The notes beneath the pieces were generated by a model. The model ran no database searches and was not told the origin of the DNA. It saw nothing but the letters and a program-made list of their open reading frames with translations. Positions 23,871 to 36,447 of a stretch of 64,000 bases of DNA are shown one piece after another. Each line of letters opens with the position of its first letter. Positions within the stretch are counted from its first letter, which is position 1. The translations under genes and the position numbers were made by a program. Where the stretch lies: positions 3,535,191-3,599,190 of the forward strand of contig OX337236.1 in assembly GCA_946965045.2 (NCBI GenBank). The letters run 5' to 3'. Source of the DNA: Epithemia pelagica (Eukaryota > Protista > Bacillariophyta).

Positions 23871-24797
23871 AGGGGACGTTCTGGACATGCCGCTGTTGTG
23901 TGCAATGGCGGCATTTACGTGATGGGAGGAGACACTGGAGCACCTTTGGATTGTATCGAACAAATTGATGCCAATTATTTGCTGCAATCATCTTTGACAA
24001 CCAGCATCACACACGAGATGAACTGGACGACATTGACATGTCGATTATCAACGGGCCGAGATGGATGTTGTGCTGTTGCGGTGCACAACCGATATATTGT
24101 TGTAATGGGTGGCTACAGCGATCATTATTTGTCGTCGGTGGATATTATTGATACCAGGAACCACACTGTCTCTGTGGGACCATCCATGAATGTTCCTCGA
24201 TTTTGTTGTGCCAGTGTTGTTATTGGACACCGCATCTTTGTCGTTGGAGGTTGGAACGAGCATGGTCGTGTTGACAAGGTGGAGTATTTGTACTATGCAA
24301 CACCCTGTGACAGTGATGTGACAAAAAAGGAGATAGGCTTGACATTCATTTCTTTCTCACCCACCTGGACCACTCATTTGGAGTTGAGGCTTTCCAATGC
24401 ACGAAGATCTTGTGCAGTGGTTGCCGTGGGATCTTGTCTGGTGGTGGCGGGACGACCCAGTCGAACCGTGGAAGTGTTGGATACGAACCGCAACCTCGTA
24501 TGGAATCTTCCACCATTCGGGAATCACCGCGATGGCTGCAGTATGGTGACTGTTGCCGACCATGTTGCCGTGATTGGTGGATGGGAGAATCCTTCCTGTG
24601 CGACATTACCACTAATGGATAGGAATTCATGGTGTTTTCGTCGACTTTGTGAGCAGCAATCGAACGGATGGTATCATTCTCTTGAAGGTGTGGGTATCCA
24701 AGATGATGATATCTCACCCTTCTCCACATCGACATCAGCTCGTAAACATGCAAGGCCCAATACGCACCGTGGTGATGAAGGGAAGGATGGAACTTGA
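23601..24797 (+). CDS. Kelch-repeat protein K5
   Basis: Open six-blade ORF with a full C-terminal tail like K1. Confidence 0.9.
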   Translation: MTTTLKEEAWQSGLVLLDETHEWNFEDWPSLEGEGPYRHASVVLNHTDNNQEQTVVVFGGYRTGQGELDSILVLNLAESNKQWREGPPMNRGRSGHAAVVCNGGIYVMGGDTGAPLDCIEQIDANYLLQSSLTTSITHEMNWTTLTCRLSTGRDGCCAVAVHNRYIVVMGGYSDHYLSSVDIIDTRNHTVSVGPSMNVPRFCCASVVIGHRIFVVGGWNEHGRVDKVEYLYYATPCDSDVTKKEIGLTFISFSPTWTTHLELRLSNARRSCAVVAVGSCLVVAGRPSRTVEVLDTNRNLVWNLPPFGNHRDGCSMVTVADHVAVIGGWENPSCATLPLMDRNSWCFRRLCEQQSNGWYHSLEGVGIQDDDISPFSTSTSARKHARPNTHRGDEGKDGT

Positions 24798-27438
24798 AAT
24801 TTGCAACGTATAGCATGTATGTCCTAACATTGGCGGAACTATAGCATTCTCATTTTATTCTCAAACAGTTGTTGCATTGTTTTCTTCTTGGCATTGCGAC
24901 CTATAGAGATACCATGTACTTCGTTGTACTACCTAGTAGAGAACGAAAGTTACAACATCCGGCATGACACCGCAAACAGGAGTGGAGCCAGGCCTTGGGT
25001 AGATGTCTATGGTACCATGTCTCTCTGCTGTTGAATGGGTCGAGTTATCTTCCTGTGGAAGATTATGGTTGCGTACGTGAAACACTAAGCTCAGCGACTC
25101 GTTTGGACGGTCGTCTTCGTTCCGACCATGCGTTCAATTGTCCTTTTATGGCCCATGCCTGTGTGAGAGGACAGTACGCCGTCTCTTGACGCTTGTGGTT
25201 GCGGGTGACAGGACATTTGCGAATCCTTTGGAATTTGTGACACCGTCGTGTTCGATATTTTCTCCAAATACAGCAACGATACTTTATCATGAGGTGGGCA
25301 ATTTGATTGCATCGATCCAGCAATCAGTCTCTCCGTAGTGGCTCGTTAACAGTCCATGGTTATCGGTCCATGGGGATCAACAAGAACAATCGCAGTGTGC
25401 AAAGTTATGTCTTGCCCCTCAATGCCAGTTCCACCGAAACCTTGTTGCACGATTAGCACCAACAAAACCACGACCCGCGCAGATCATGTCTTGGCTGTCG
25501 TCTAACAGCAGTGTTGGACCTCGATCACTACCACATTTGCGTCTCGTACCGAACTCAGCAGTACCAACAACAAAACCACGACCACGAATGGCGCCGATCA
25601 TGTCTTGGCTGTAGCCTTATAGAACTTGTTGTTGTTGTTCTTCTTCTTGTTCGTTGGATTCTGGTTGGCGTTGGCTTGAATATTCATATGTAGACTTGAA
25701 AGGGCGATGCGACCCTTTCCCATAATCAATTCTTCTCTACTCCAATCGGACGCGTCGGGAGGGAGTTGAATAGCGTGCCATACTTCAATCCGTAGTACTG
25801 CACTCCTCGTCACCGGCGCAACTACCCTCTTGGTCCGACTTTGAGCATTCGTTGCAAACATGATGTTTCCATTCATAGCTGTCGTCATATCCTCGTAAGT
25901 ACCGACCAAAGGAGAATACATGGTTGTACTCCTAGTAGTGCCTAGAGGGATGTAGACAACCGGCAACCTCCCACCACAGGGTCGGGTCGACTCGTCCTGA
26001 TGCGCATATGCTGGAACCACACAAGACGAAGAAACGTGTCGGTCGCGTTCTTGTGGGCCAGAATGGACAGCAGTGTGGGCGACAACCAGGAAGGTACTGC
26101 TTGCCACCCAACCTGTTTCAAGCAGTTGTTGTGACACTGTACATTGTCGAACGTGTGTATCGTATGCTTGTGTGTTGGAGTTCCGGACCAACACTTTTTG
26201 TGCGCAGGAGGAGTATTCGACGGGCAAGATGTGGCATCCCTCTAGTATTTTAGTGGCTTTCCCTGGACAGCCTGAAACCAACAGTCACTCCGCATGGCGC
26301 AAGAATAGCGCCAGCGTCATCGTCCAATTCCAACCACACCAGGAGCCCATGTCCTTGACACTGGAACACAGTGTTGTGCGTCCACTCTCACTACCAACGG
26401 TTGAAAATCTTCTCAAAACGCGTTTGTTTCTGGTTCTCCCAGAGATTGCGAGTCTTCCACGGTTGCAGCAGCCAATCGGGATGGATGCGGTGCGCAAGAG
26501 TCGTCGACACTCTTGTCCTACCACCAAGAGCAGTCTCGCAAGGCTCGTTTCACAGACCAAGCTCGTTCGGGTGGTGGTTGGCGCATACCAATCACAAATC
26601 CGTGGGCACCGAAAATATCCCAAAGACATTAGCTTTCCGCACGTATAGGAGGAGCCTGTTTCAAGAAATGATACCAAATGGTCTTGTTGAAGTCATGAAT
26701 TGTATCACTCTCCGTTTGTCGAATTCCAATTCCTGATTGTGTGGATTGGAGGATCCCATGATTTTGGGAGGAGGCGTAATGATGGATTCCACCATTAGGG
26801 ATGACAGATACTCGTCACGTGACACTGTGTCATGAGACACCAAGCTTCCATGGCTTGTATGGGTAAGCCGACTACCAAAGGAGAACGAGTAGTGTAGTAG
26901 TTGTTGATAAGGAGGATGTTTTTGTTGTTGCCGAATAGGAAATAGAGGTGGTTGCCCTTTTGTCGTCCGTCAATCAGGATCTCAGCCGTTTTGCTGCTCA
27001 TAGACGACCGGAAACAAGACGAGCAAACGGAGAAGGATAACCACGCGAACGTTTCATGACACGGAATGGATTCGAATCCCTTGCAGAGACCACGTTGTGT
27101 TGGTAGTGTTGTTGCTCCTGCCGTCCTTCATTCTCTCTTTCGAAGAGAACAGCACCACTCCCATAGCTCGAATTCGGTACACTTGGTCAACGAAGAAAAT
27201 ATGATGATCATGCGCCGTCTTGTCCATCTTTCTTGTTTTGCTGGATCTATGAATTCGAATCTGCTGTTTTGTTCTGTCATGCATTATATGTGCGACCCAC
27301 TCTTGCCCAAGATTGCGTACCTACGACAGACATTCTGGCTCAAATGCTTCCACGCGTAGTTCAGAAAATTTTGAGTTGATGTTCCATCAGTCCGCATCCA
27401 TCAGCATCAAAACTGATGCCTTTCGGTCCTCCTCAGGC

Positions 27439-27653
27439 AGGTTCGGTCTTGTGGGAGCGTGATATTTTCTCATATCATAATTTTTGCGCGCTGAAAGACA
27501 TTCTCCAGCGTGATAGGATGATAAGGATGAATATCATGCGTCAAAAATTTGCGCATGATATTCATCCTTATCATCTTGTCACGCTGCCATGTCAGGACAC
27601 GCGCGCAAAAATTATGATATGAGAAAATATCACGCTCCCATAAAACCGAACCT
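27439..27653. repeat. About 215-bp nested inverted repeat (hairpin, MITE-like) immediately upstream of K6
   Basis: Outer arms AGGTTCGGT(C/T)TT(G/A)TGGGAGCGTGATATTTTCTCATATCATAATTTTTGCGCG (about 52 bp, 2 mismatches); inner arms about 33 bp around a loop of about 10 nt; no clear TSD. Confidence 0.8.
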
Positions 27654-27684
27654 CATAAATTCGCTGCTGTCATTGTGTGTAACC

Positions 27685-28743
27685 ATGACCACGGCACTGA
27701 AAGAACAAGCCAGGCAGTCGGGCCTTGTCCTTTCAGACGGGACAGCAGAATGGAATGAGAACAACTGGCCTCCTCTTATGGGTGCATGGCGTTATCGTCA
27801 TGCTACGGTTGTACTAAATCATCCCGATACGGACGGCAACGACAACAACCCGAAGAGACAAACCGTCGTGGTGTTGGGAGGACATCAACAAGGTCAAGGC
27901 TATACCAAGTCCGTGCTTGTATTGAATTTAGCAGACCCAAACAAACAGTGGCGAGAAGGGCCATCCATGAACAAGGCACGTTATGGACATGCAAGTGTTG
28001 TGTGCAATGGAGGTGTCTACGTGATGGGAGGAAACGCCGGCTATTCAAGGTGGGATTGCATGGAACAAATAAATGCCACCGATTTGCTCCAACCATCTTC
28101 GACATCAAGCAGCTCGAAGAAGAGCCATTGGACAACATTGACATGTCGCTTATCAACGAGACGATCAGGATGTTGTGCTGTTGCGGTTCACAACCGATAC
28201 ATCGTTGTAATGGGTGGCTACAACGATCGTTATTTGCCGTCGGTGGATATTATTGATACAAACAACCACATAGTCACTGCGGGACCATCCATGACTGTTC
28301 CACGATCATATTGTGCTGGTGTGGTCATTGGTCACCGCATCTTTGTCGTTGGAGGCCGTAACGAGAACGGCCAACTTGACTCGGTGGAGTATTTGAACTT
28401 TGCAGAGGAGAGAAAAGACGACTCTTTGTCTACAGTCATTTCCTTCTCGTCCAGTTGGATCACTCATTCTCATTTGGTACTTTCCAATGCACCATATTCT
28501 TGTACAGTGGTTGCCGTGGGATCTTGTCTGGTGGTGGCAGGAGGACGAACCGTGGAAGTCTTGGATACGCACTTCAACCGCGTGTGGAATCTACCTGGAC
28601 TGCAAGAACAACGATGGGGCTGCGGTATGGTGACTGTTGCCAATCAGGTTGCCGTGATTGGTGGAGAGCTCAATCCTACCTGTGCGACATTGCCACTCGT
28701 GGACAAGAATACGTGGTGTTTTCGTCGTCTCTGTGAACAGTAG
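27685..28743 (+). CDS. Kelch-repeat protein K6 (tail truncated by CAG>TAG)
   Basis: Six intact blades; stop directly after WCFRRLCEQ. Confidence 0.87.
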   Translation: MTTALKEQARQSGLVLSDGTAEWNENNWPPLMGAWRYRHATVVLNHPDTDGNDNNPKRQTVVVLGGHQQGQGYTKSVLVLNLADPNKQWREGPSMNKARYGHASVVCNGGVYVMGGNAGYSRWDCMEQINATDLLQPSSTSSSSKKSHWTTLTCRLSTRRSGCCAVAVHNRYIVVMGGYNDRYLPSVDIIDTNNHIVTAGPSMTVPRSYCAGVVIGHRIFVVGGRNENGQLDSVEYLNFAEERKDDSLSTVISFSSSWITHSHLVLSNAPYSCTVVAVGSCLVVAGGRTVEVLDTHFNRVWNLPGLQEQRWGCGMVTVANQVAVIGGELNPTCATLPLVDKNTWCFRRLCEQ

Positions 28744-31241
28744 CCCAACGGATGGTACCAGTTCCGGGAAAGAATAGATATCCGACATGTTCATATTTCA
28801 CTAACAAGGCATGATACACGCCGTGGTGATGAAGGGACGGATGAAACTTGAAGTGGGCATCACGTTGCTTTAATGTCCTAGAATGGTGAAGCTATCTAAT
28901 AATCATTTTGATCTCAAACATGTTGATCTCAAACAGTTTTCGTAGTGTCCGCTGCCTGCGGAGTTCTCATGTGAATCCTTATTGTAAAAATGAAATCATC
29001 AATCATGTCATACGACGTGTCCGGGATAACGCGACTGTTCCGAAACGACAAAACAATGTCATGGATTCTGCAGAGTTTTGCTCTGTGTTGAGTGCTACTG
29101 TCGTATTGTTGAGTACTTTGGCAGTCCCTGAAGTATTTCTCCGTGGCAAGTAATACTCCCTCGCACCACCCGTTTCCATCCTCGGAATGCATAGGCTAGT
29201 CTCCTTGTCCACATAACAGGGAGACACTCTCGTGACTGTGGAGACTGACCGAGACGCGCTATTGGAGCTACCTTGATCTAACCAAGCATCAATGACGGTG
29301 TGCATTTGCTCTGGCTACGGTTGATTGTTTTCTTGCCTTGAAAAAGTTGTGGTCGGAGCAGGGGTCCATGGTTCGGACGTCAATGACAAAAAGGGTTGTG
29401 GGGAAGCAAAAGTCTGGGAAAGCTTGTAGTGTGGGACTGCCTGAACAACCACTATGTCGCCGAACGAGTGGAATTCAACACCAACCAAGAATCGGACATG
29501 TGCACGTCAGGTAAGCGAGACGTTTTACCTGGAACACGGCAAACTCGAACGGTTGGGTCATGATTGTCCGTCAGAACACAAAAACGCGCGGTGGAACCAT
29601 ACCAATTCGACCTGTACCCAATGTGAGATAGTGTCCATCTTGCTTCTGGGCGGTAAAGAGAGCGGCGTAGCATCCCAAATTTCGAGTGCCGCAAGGTCTT
29701 CAATGGCATTCCATCGTGCCATATTTCGCGGCGAATATACGGCACCAGGGTTTAAAAGTCGCTGCTGGCACAAGATCGTGTGGAGCCGACAAACACGATA
29801 GGCATCCAAACGCGCAGCGTCGTCTTGGAAGACGATCAATGGTAGAAAGAGATACCGTCAAAGAAAAACCAAGGTCACGCCCGTCCAACGAGCAAGGGGA
29901 GATTGAGAGGTTACTATTGAATGACCGCTCCGACCTCACTGAAAGAAAATTCATGCCTTTGGTGTGGGACTGCCTCAACAACCACTATGTCCCCGAGCGA
30001 GTGGAGTTCAACACCAACCAAGAATCGGACATGTGGACCATGGCCAAATCGGATGTCAGGTCAGCGAAACGTTTCACCTGGAGCACGACAAACTCAAAAG
30101 GTTTGGTGATGATTGTCAGTTAGAACCCAAAAACGCGCGGTGGAATTTGACCAATTCGACTAGTACCCGATGTGAGATACTGTCCATCTTGCTTCTGGGC
30201 GGTAAAGAGAGCGGCATGGCATCCCAATTCCAGAGTGTCACAAGGTCTTCAGTGGCATTCAATCATAGGGTTTGGAAGTCGCTGCTGGCATCAAGTTGAC
30301 TTATCTAATCCTTTCCATATTCGCACAAGAGAGTGTGGAAGCGGCGAACACGATATGCATCCAAACGCTGACCAACGTCACGCCCGTCCAACGAGCAAGG
30401 GTAGCTTGAGAGGTCACTATTGCATTACCATTGGTTGAAGTCAACAGTTTGAGCATTGTTTTGCCAACTCGGTATACCAAACGACAGGTGCGCTTGAGAG
30501 TAAATGACATTTTGGGTGGCAGCTTCTAGGATGCATCCTTTCTCTCCCTACGTGCGCTTCGAATATGGATAGCATTGATTCTTTTGAGGTGAGTGAATCA
30601 GCTATTTCCAAAAGGCGTCTACCAAGGTCGACAACGCTTAAGGACACACAGTCGCCACGAAAGCTCATGACTGTTGGACCATACGGAATAGCCAGTTTGA
30701 GACAGGAATCAAGAAGGTGCAAATCTCTGCAGTTTTCTTGTGCGACACGTTAGTTCTGAGTTGTTTGATATTGCCTCCCAATCGCGAACCACTTGTGATC
30801 GTGGTACTATGATTTCCTTCTGGTATGCTTTGGTGGCCGAAGACACACCATTTATGGTGAAGGACACATCGTCTGGTACCAACTAGAAGTTGGGGTCATG
30901 TTGCTGCAAGGCGGAAGAGGAACATGGTTCCATGTGGTGGTGGGAGTCATTGGTTCGGTGCAACAGTGCCACTTGCAAGTACCAGAGTGTTGGTGTGGAT
31001 GTTGCCGGTTGCCAGTTGTTGTGGTTTGGGTGTTGAGACTTTGTCGTTGTATCTCAAATGGTCCTGCTATAATTGTCTGGTGGCTGGGCCATCGTCGTCG
31101 TGCTAGTTGTTATGGTTGCTTGATGTAGCCAGGGAAGAGCTTGACTCGTGGTGGCCGTTGTAGGTAGGTGCCTTGTTGGTGTGGTTGTTCATGTCTGGTG
31201 ATTGGTGGAAGCAACATCCCCACTCGTTGTTCTACATTCCT

Positions 31242-32240
31242 GACATGTGCACCACGGCCAAATCGGACGTCAGGTCAGCGAGACGTTTTACCTGGAACAC
31301 GGCAAACTCAAAGGTTAAGTGATGATTGTCCGTCAGAACACCAAACCGCGCGGTGGAACCTGACCAATTCGACTACGCAATGTGAGATATTGGCCATCTT
31401 GCTTCTTCTGGGCGATAAAGAGAGCGGCGTAGCATCCCAATTCCCGACTGTCGCAAGGTCTTGAGTGGCATTCAATCGTGCCACAATGTGGAACGTTGAG
31501 ACTTTGTTATTGTCTCTTCAAGGTCCTGCTGCTATTGTCTTGAGGCAGAGCCGCAGTCGTCATCATCCTGCTAGTCATCATGGTTGCTTGATGAAGCCAG
31601 GGAAGAGCTTGGCTCGTGGTGGTCGTTGTAGGGAGGGGAGGTGTCTTGTTGGTGTGTGGTTATTGGTGAAAGCAACCTCACCACTCGTTGTTCTGCCACA
31701 GCTGAGTGACCGTTGACCAAACTCGAGGCCTGTTCCACTCCTGTACATTCCTGACACATCCGCAGATGGACCCGTCCACAATTGGATTTGTTCATTCCAA
31801 AGGCTGGTTTCTCTACATTGTCGTGACAGTGGGGTCCTCATCTGGTTTGGCTCTATAAAAGGCTGTGGGTTGTTTTGACATGAGAATGTTTCGACGGTTT
31901 GTTCTTGTGGATGTTGTCCATCGTTTGGTTTTGGGAACAGATCTGGATTCGCGCATCTTTTGTGGGGAAAGATACGCTCTGCTTGCTGTGGTCGTGTCAT
32001 GAAGTCTATGTGCGATATCGTACATGCGACAGACGCTCTTTGTGGGTCCAAAGCTTCCACGTGTATTCTAAGAGAGTCCTCGTCGTGCTTCCATCCATAC
32101 AAATCAGACTCGCAACAGCCGCGAACGCACTCCACATAAATTCTGCAGTCAAATCGTTTCGAAGCATGCCCACGGCATTGAAAGAAGAAGCCTGGCAGTC
32201 GGGCCTTGTCCTTTCAGACGGGACAGCAGAATGGAATGAG
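31242..32240 (+). repeat. About 1-kb segmental duplication, copy 2
   Basis: Matches 7222-8219. Confidence 0.9.
32166..32240 (+). pseudogene. Kelch 5' fragment (K7) fused to the upstream region of K8
   Basis: MPTALKEEAWQSGLVLSDGTAEWNE, then an abrupt switch to the class-I upstream motif. Confidence 0.8.
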
Positions 32241-32326
32241 TATCATAACCGCAGAGCAAACCTACGTGTCTCTTACAAGACAGTGTCGTGATCCCCATAA
32301 ATTATGCAGTGGAAACGTTTGGAACC

Positions 32327-33541
32327 ATGAGCATGACACTGAAAGAACAAGCATGGCAGTCGGGCCTTGTCTTATCGGACGAGACAACAGAGTGGAATGA
32401 AAACGATTGGCCTCCTCTCGAGAGTGGATGGCGTGACGAACATGCTACGGTCGTACTTGATCATCCCGATAAAGACAATAAAAACAACAAGAGACACACG
32501 GTCGTCGTGCTGGGAGGATATCAACAAAGCCAACGATATGTCAATTCCGTTCTCGTATTGAATCTTGCAGACCCAAACAAGCAGTGGCGAGAAGGGCCAT
32601 CCATGAACAAGGCACGTTCTGGACATGCTGCTGTTGTGTGCAATGGCGGCGTCTACGTCATGGGTGGGAGCAATGCAGGTTCAAGTTTTGATCATATCGA
32701 ACAAATTGATTCCAATGATTTGCTTCGATCATACTTAACAACCACCACCACTCAGGATAGTCATTGGACAACATTGACATGTCGCTTATCAATGGGACGA
32801 TCAGGATGTTGTGCTGCCGCGGTTCACAACCGATACATCGTTGTAATCGGTGGCTACAATGATCGTTTTTTGTCGTCGGTGGATATTTTTGATGCCGCAA
32901 ACCACACTGTCACTGCGGGACCAAGCTTGACTGTGAACCGACAATTTTGTTCCAGTGCGGTCGTTGGACACCAAATCTTTGTCGTTGGAGGCCGAAACGA
33001 GGACGGAAATCTTGACTCGGTGGAGTACATAGACTTTGAAACACCCTGTGACAGTGATGCGACAAAAAAGGAGACTTGTTCGACATTCATTTCTCTCTCG
33101 TCCACATGGATTACTCACTCTGCTTTGGTGCTTTCCAACCCTAGAGATTGCTGTGCAATGGTAGCCATGGGATCTTGTCTGGTGGTGACGGGAGGATGGG
33201 ACAATTCAACCGTGGAAGTCTTGGATACGAACCGCAACCTTGTGTGGAATCTTCCGCTATTGGAAAATCCCCGCGATGGCTGCAGCATAGTGACTGTTGC
33301 CAATCAAGTTGCCGTGATTGGTGGAGGGCGAAATTCTACCTGTGCAACATTACCACTAATGGATAGGAATTCGTGGTGTTTTCGTCGACTCTGTGAGCAG
33401 CAATCGAACGGATGGTATCATTCGCTTCAAGGTATGGGTATCCGAGATGCTGATATCTCACCCTTCTCCACATCGACATCAGCTCGTAAACGAGCAAGGC
33501 AGAATACGCGCCAATATAAGAAAGGGTCTGATGAAACATAA
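32327..33541 (+). CDS. Kelch-repeat protein K8
   Basis: Open six-blade ORF. Confidence 0.9.
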   Translation: MSMTLKEQAWQSGLVLSDETTEWNENDWPPLESGWRDEHATVVLDHPDKDNKNNKRHTVVVLGGYQQSQRYVNSVLVLNLADPNKQWREGPSMNKARSGHAAVVCNGGVYVMGGSNAGSSFDHIEQIDSNDLLRSYLTTTTTQDSHWTTLTCRLSMGRSGCCAAAVHNRYIVVIGGYNDRFLSSVDIFDAANHTVTAGPSLTVNRQFCSSAVVGHQIFVVGGRNEDGNLDSVEYIDFETPCDSDATKKETCSTFISLSSTWITHSALVLSNPRDCCAMVAMGSCLVVTGGWDNSTVEVLDTNRNLVWNLPLLENPRDGCSIVTVANQVAVIGGGRNSTCATLPLMDRNSWCFRRLCEQQSNGWYHSLQGMGIRDADISPFSTSTSARKRARQNTRQYKKGSDET

Positions 33542-34199
33542 CGATTTTGTTCTCGAGTGGTTGACTTGTTTTCTACATTCAATTCTAATCCTAGGACTTA
33601 GTAAGTGTTTACACGAAAGTAGAAAGAACACGTTGCAAGATAGGAGGTACTTCTTTGTTGTCAAAGGCTGGAAGGAACGATCCGACTTGTGTAATGACGC
33701 GACAAGAATCTGGTGCTTTGTCGTGGCATCGTGGCACTGTACACGATACAAAATCGTCGTCCATGGATTGGTAGTTGTGGCAGCTAGGGCAAGAACCGAC
33801 AGTGGTATATTCCAAAAAGGAAGAGTTTCGTCCAACCTCTCGATTTGGCTTTGGTTTATGGTCTCGTGTTGATGAATCCGACAAAAGGACGAAACGGATG
33901 GATCCAAAGGTCCAATGATGAGAGGAGCAGGAGCAGAAACACGACAAGACGAAACCTTGTTAGAACTGATGTTGTCCGCTTCTGAGGGTTCTTTCTCGAA
34001 ATTTGACAATATGTCGACTTTGGATGAAAGTAAGGAAGACCGTGTCATGTCTAATTCCGACATGATAACCAAGAACAGTTTGTCCCTCTCAGAGGAGTCA
34101 CCGCGCTCCAATCGCAAATGCCTTCCTCTACCTGCTGTTGCATGTGAATCGCAATACCTTGTTGCACTTGGCCCAATGAAGATGATGACGACGACGACG

Positions 34200-34470
34200 A
34201 CAAATACACACGGTCGGCTGTCCATCCACCAACCACGGAGGAGACGGCCGAGGATGGCGATGTCGCCTCGTCGTTGGCCGTGGTATGATTGTTGGTGGAA
34301 TAGGCCCCTGAATTGTCGCAGCAACGCAATACTCATGGGAGTTTGCCGATTCATTTGGCCTGTCAAGCCCATACGACCGAAGGTGTTCGATTCTTGTTCA
34401 AGTTTCCTTCTCTCATGGAGGAACTTGATGACCAGGGACGTACACCGCATCTCTTTTGCAAGACTCTTGG
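34200..34470 (+). pseudogene. Degenerate ankyrin-repeat gene fragment (paralog of 17040-17288)
   Basis: THGRLSIH... and NTHGSLPIHLACQAHTTEGVRFLFKFPSLMEELDDQGRTP. Confidence 0.6.
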
Positions 34471-35181
34471 CTACGATACCTTGCAAGTTGAACAGGCCAC
34501 GATACAAACCCCTGCAACATTGTCATCGTCGTGGTTGAGATTTCATCTCGTCAGGCGGACAGTTGCAACAAGGACAGTATCCCTCCAGAACAAGCCCGAG
34601 AAGAACCCATCAAATCGGATCCAGGATCGTGACAGTTGTCGCAATAACGACAACAAGGAATCGAGTCTTGCCGTTGCCACACCACAACCTCCCCGACAAC
34701 CAACGAAGCCACAAAAGAAGAAGGCCGTCCTCTTTCATCCTTCTGGCATATCTCTTTCCCGCGGCATTGACGACGACGAGTCAGGAAACCTCCACCACCA
34801 CTACTTTCAATGTCAGTTCCACCGAAACCTTGTTGCACGACAACAACACTGTCGAACAGCATCAGTGTTGGACCTCGACCACTACATCCTTTGTGCTTCT
34901 TACCGAACTCAGCAGCAGCACCAACAACACAACCACGACAACGAACGCCGCCGGTCATGTCTTGGCCATTATGGAAGCCTTGCCACCCACACCGTATGAA
35001 TGGTTATTGGTGTTGGAACACGAGTCGCCCGAGGCGGTTGTGGTCGAATGGTTTTGCTCGTCGGTGTCGGAATGGCGAAATTCGTGTATCTGTTTCTTGG
35101 TTGTCGTGGAATCGCCCGATCGTCTGGCTCGCTTATCACACCGATTGGGTGGAGTGTGGGTCGCTTCGACCTTTGGTGCAA

Positions 35182-35826
35182 TCACCACAACGCTGTTTCT
35201 GCCGTCACTCCAATTTCTTCTTGTTGATGATTCTCTAGAAGAAAGGGTAGGTGCTTTATGAGGTCAGGTTTGTCGCCATGCTTGGACGGAAACCAAAGCA
35301 CCAACGAGTTCCAATCCTTCACCAACCGTTGGAGGATGGCAGGACCAACCTTGAGCCATGGCCCAAGTTGTTCGTGATATCTCAGATGTAAAACAAACCG
35401 TTCCCAGCTTGGTGACGTTTTTAGTAGATTGGCGAGCATTTCAACTCCTTGGTCTGGAGTGCCAATAGGGAGACTCAAAACAAAATATTTCCAATAGGTT
35501 TGTCGACGGAGAGCCTTGGTCAGTATGTCGACATGTTTTGTCGTTTCTAAAACCAGATCAAACACTCGCCAGACTGTATTGCCATGCAGTGAGTGGGCAA
35601 CGGATCCCAGTCCTCCATAAAAATTAGATGGACATCTATAGTGAAACGATTCCCAGCATTGATTGCAACACAAGGCACATGACAATTCTACCAATTCACA
35701 GTCGTCGAACAGAGCTGGCTTATCAAAAAACCATGCTGAGCCCCGAAGTTGGAATGATTTCCATGTTTTGTTGACACTCAAGGCTTCACCCAAGGCTTTG
35801 ACTCCATTCACAGAAGAAAACTGCAC
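35182..35826 (-). CDS. RNI-like leucine-rich-repeat protein or fragment
   Basis: Repeats of about 28-35 aa: ALGEALSVNKTWKSFQL, LSCALCCNQCWESFHY, VAHSLHGNTVWRVFDL, LTKALRRQTYWKYFVL, LANLLKTSPSWERFVL. The 5' part is missing or spliced. Confidence 0.6.
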   Translation of the reverse strand: MQFSSVNGVKALGEALSVNKTWKSFQLRGSAWFFDKPALFDDCELVELSCALCCNQCWESFHYRCPSNFYGGLGSVAHSLHGNTVWRVFDLVLETTKHVDILTKALRRQTYWKYFVLSLPIGTPDQGVEMLANLLKTSPSWERFVLHLRYHEQLGPWLKVGPAILQRLVKDWNSLVLWFPSKHGDKPDLIKHLPFLLENHQQEEIGVTAETALW

Positions 35827-36447
35827 CTTATAGAGCTGGAAGTTGGTCCATTGAGTATTTTGCTGCAGTGCTTTTGCTGTTCAAAAGATCTACGTAATCG
35901 TCCGGGAATGGACCCGGGACTCACATTCGGAAGTAGGAGATCGGCCGAAGAAAAGATGAGCATCATTCATCTTGAGAATTTGTCCCTCAAAGGACAAGAA
36001 CGACGGGCATCCAAACAAGATGCTCACGAACGATACAACAAAGACAACGCGTCATCGTCATGAGCGTTTAGAAGTGACAAACCGGCCCAATTCAACTGAT
36101 ACAGGCCAAAAGAATAACTGGCATTGCCTAAAAGGAACAACGGCCAAGAACGGGCAGGAGACACCCATTTAGGAAAACAAGATCGATGGACGATTGAACT
36201 ATCGCCCAACCATCGACTCAACGCATCAAAAGAAAAGACCTCAACGCCTTAGGCTGCAACACGCTAGATTAACCAAATAAACTCACAACTTAACTTCGTT
36301 TACACGGGTTGAGCTCTTTCTCTTTTACCTACGGTAGGGAGAAAACAACAGGTCGAAAATCGTCGTTGTCATCGTTTTATAATGGGTTTGATCCAGCATG
36401 TCTGCACAGAGCGAGAGCAAAAAATGATCTTCGTTGTGCCGCAGTTC

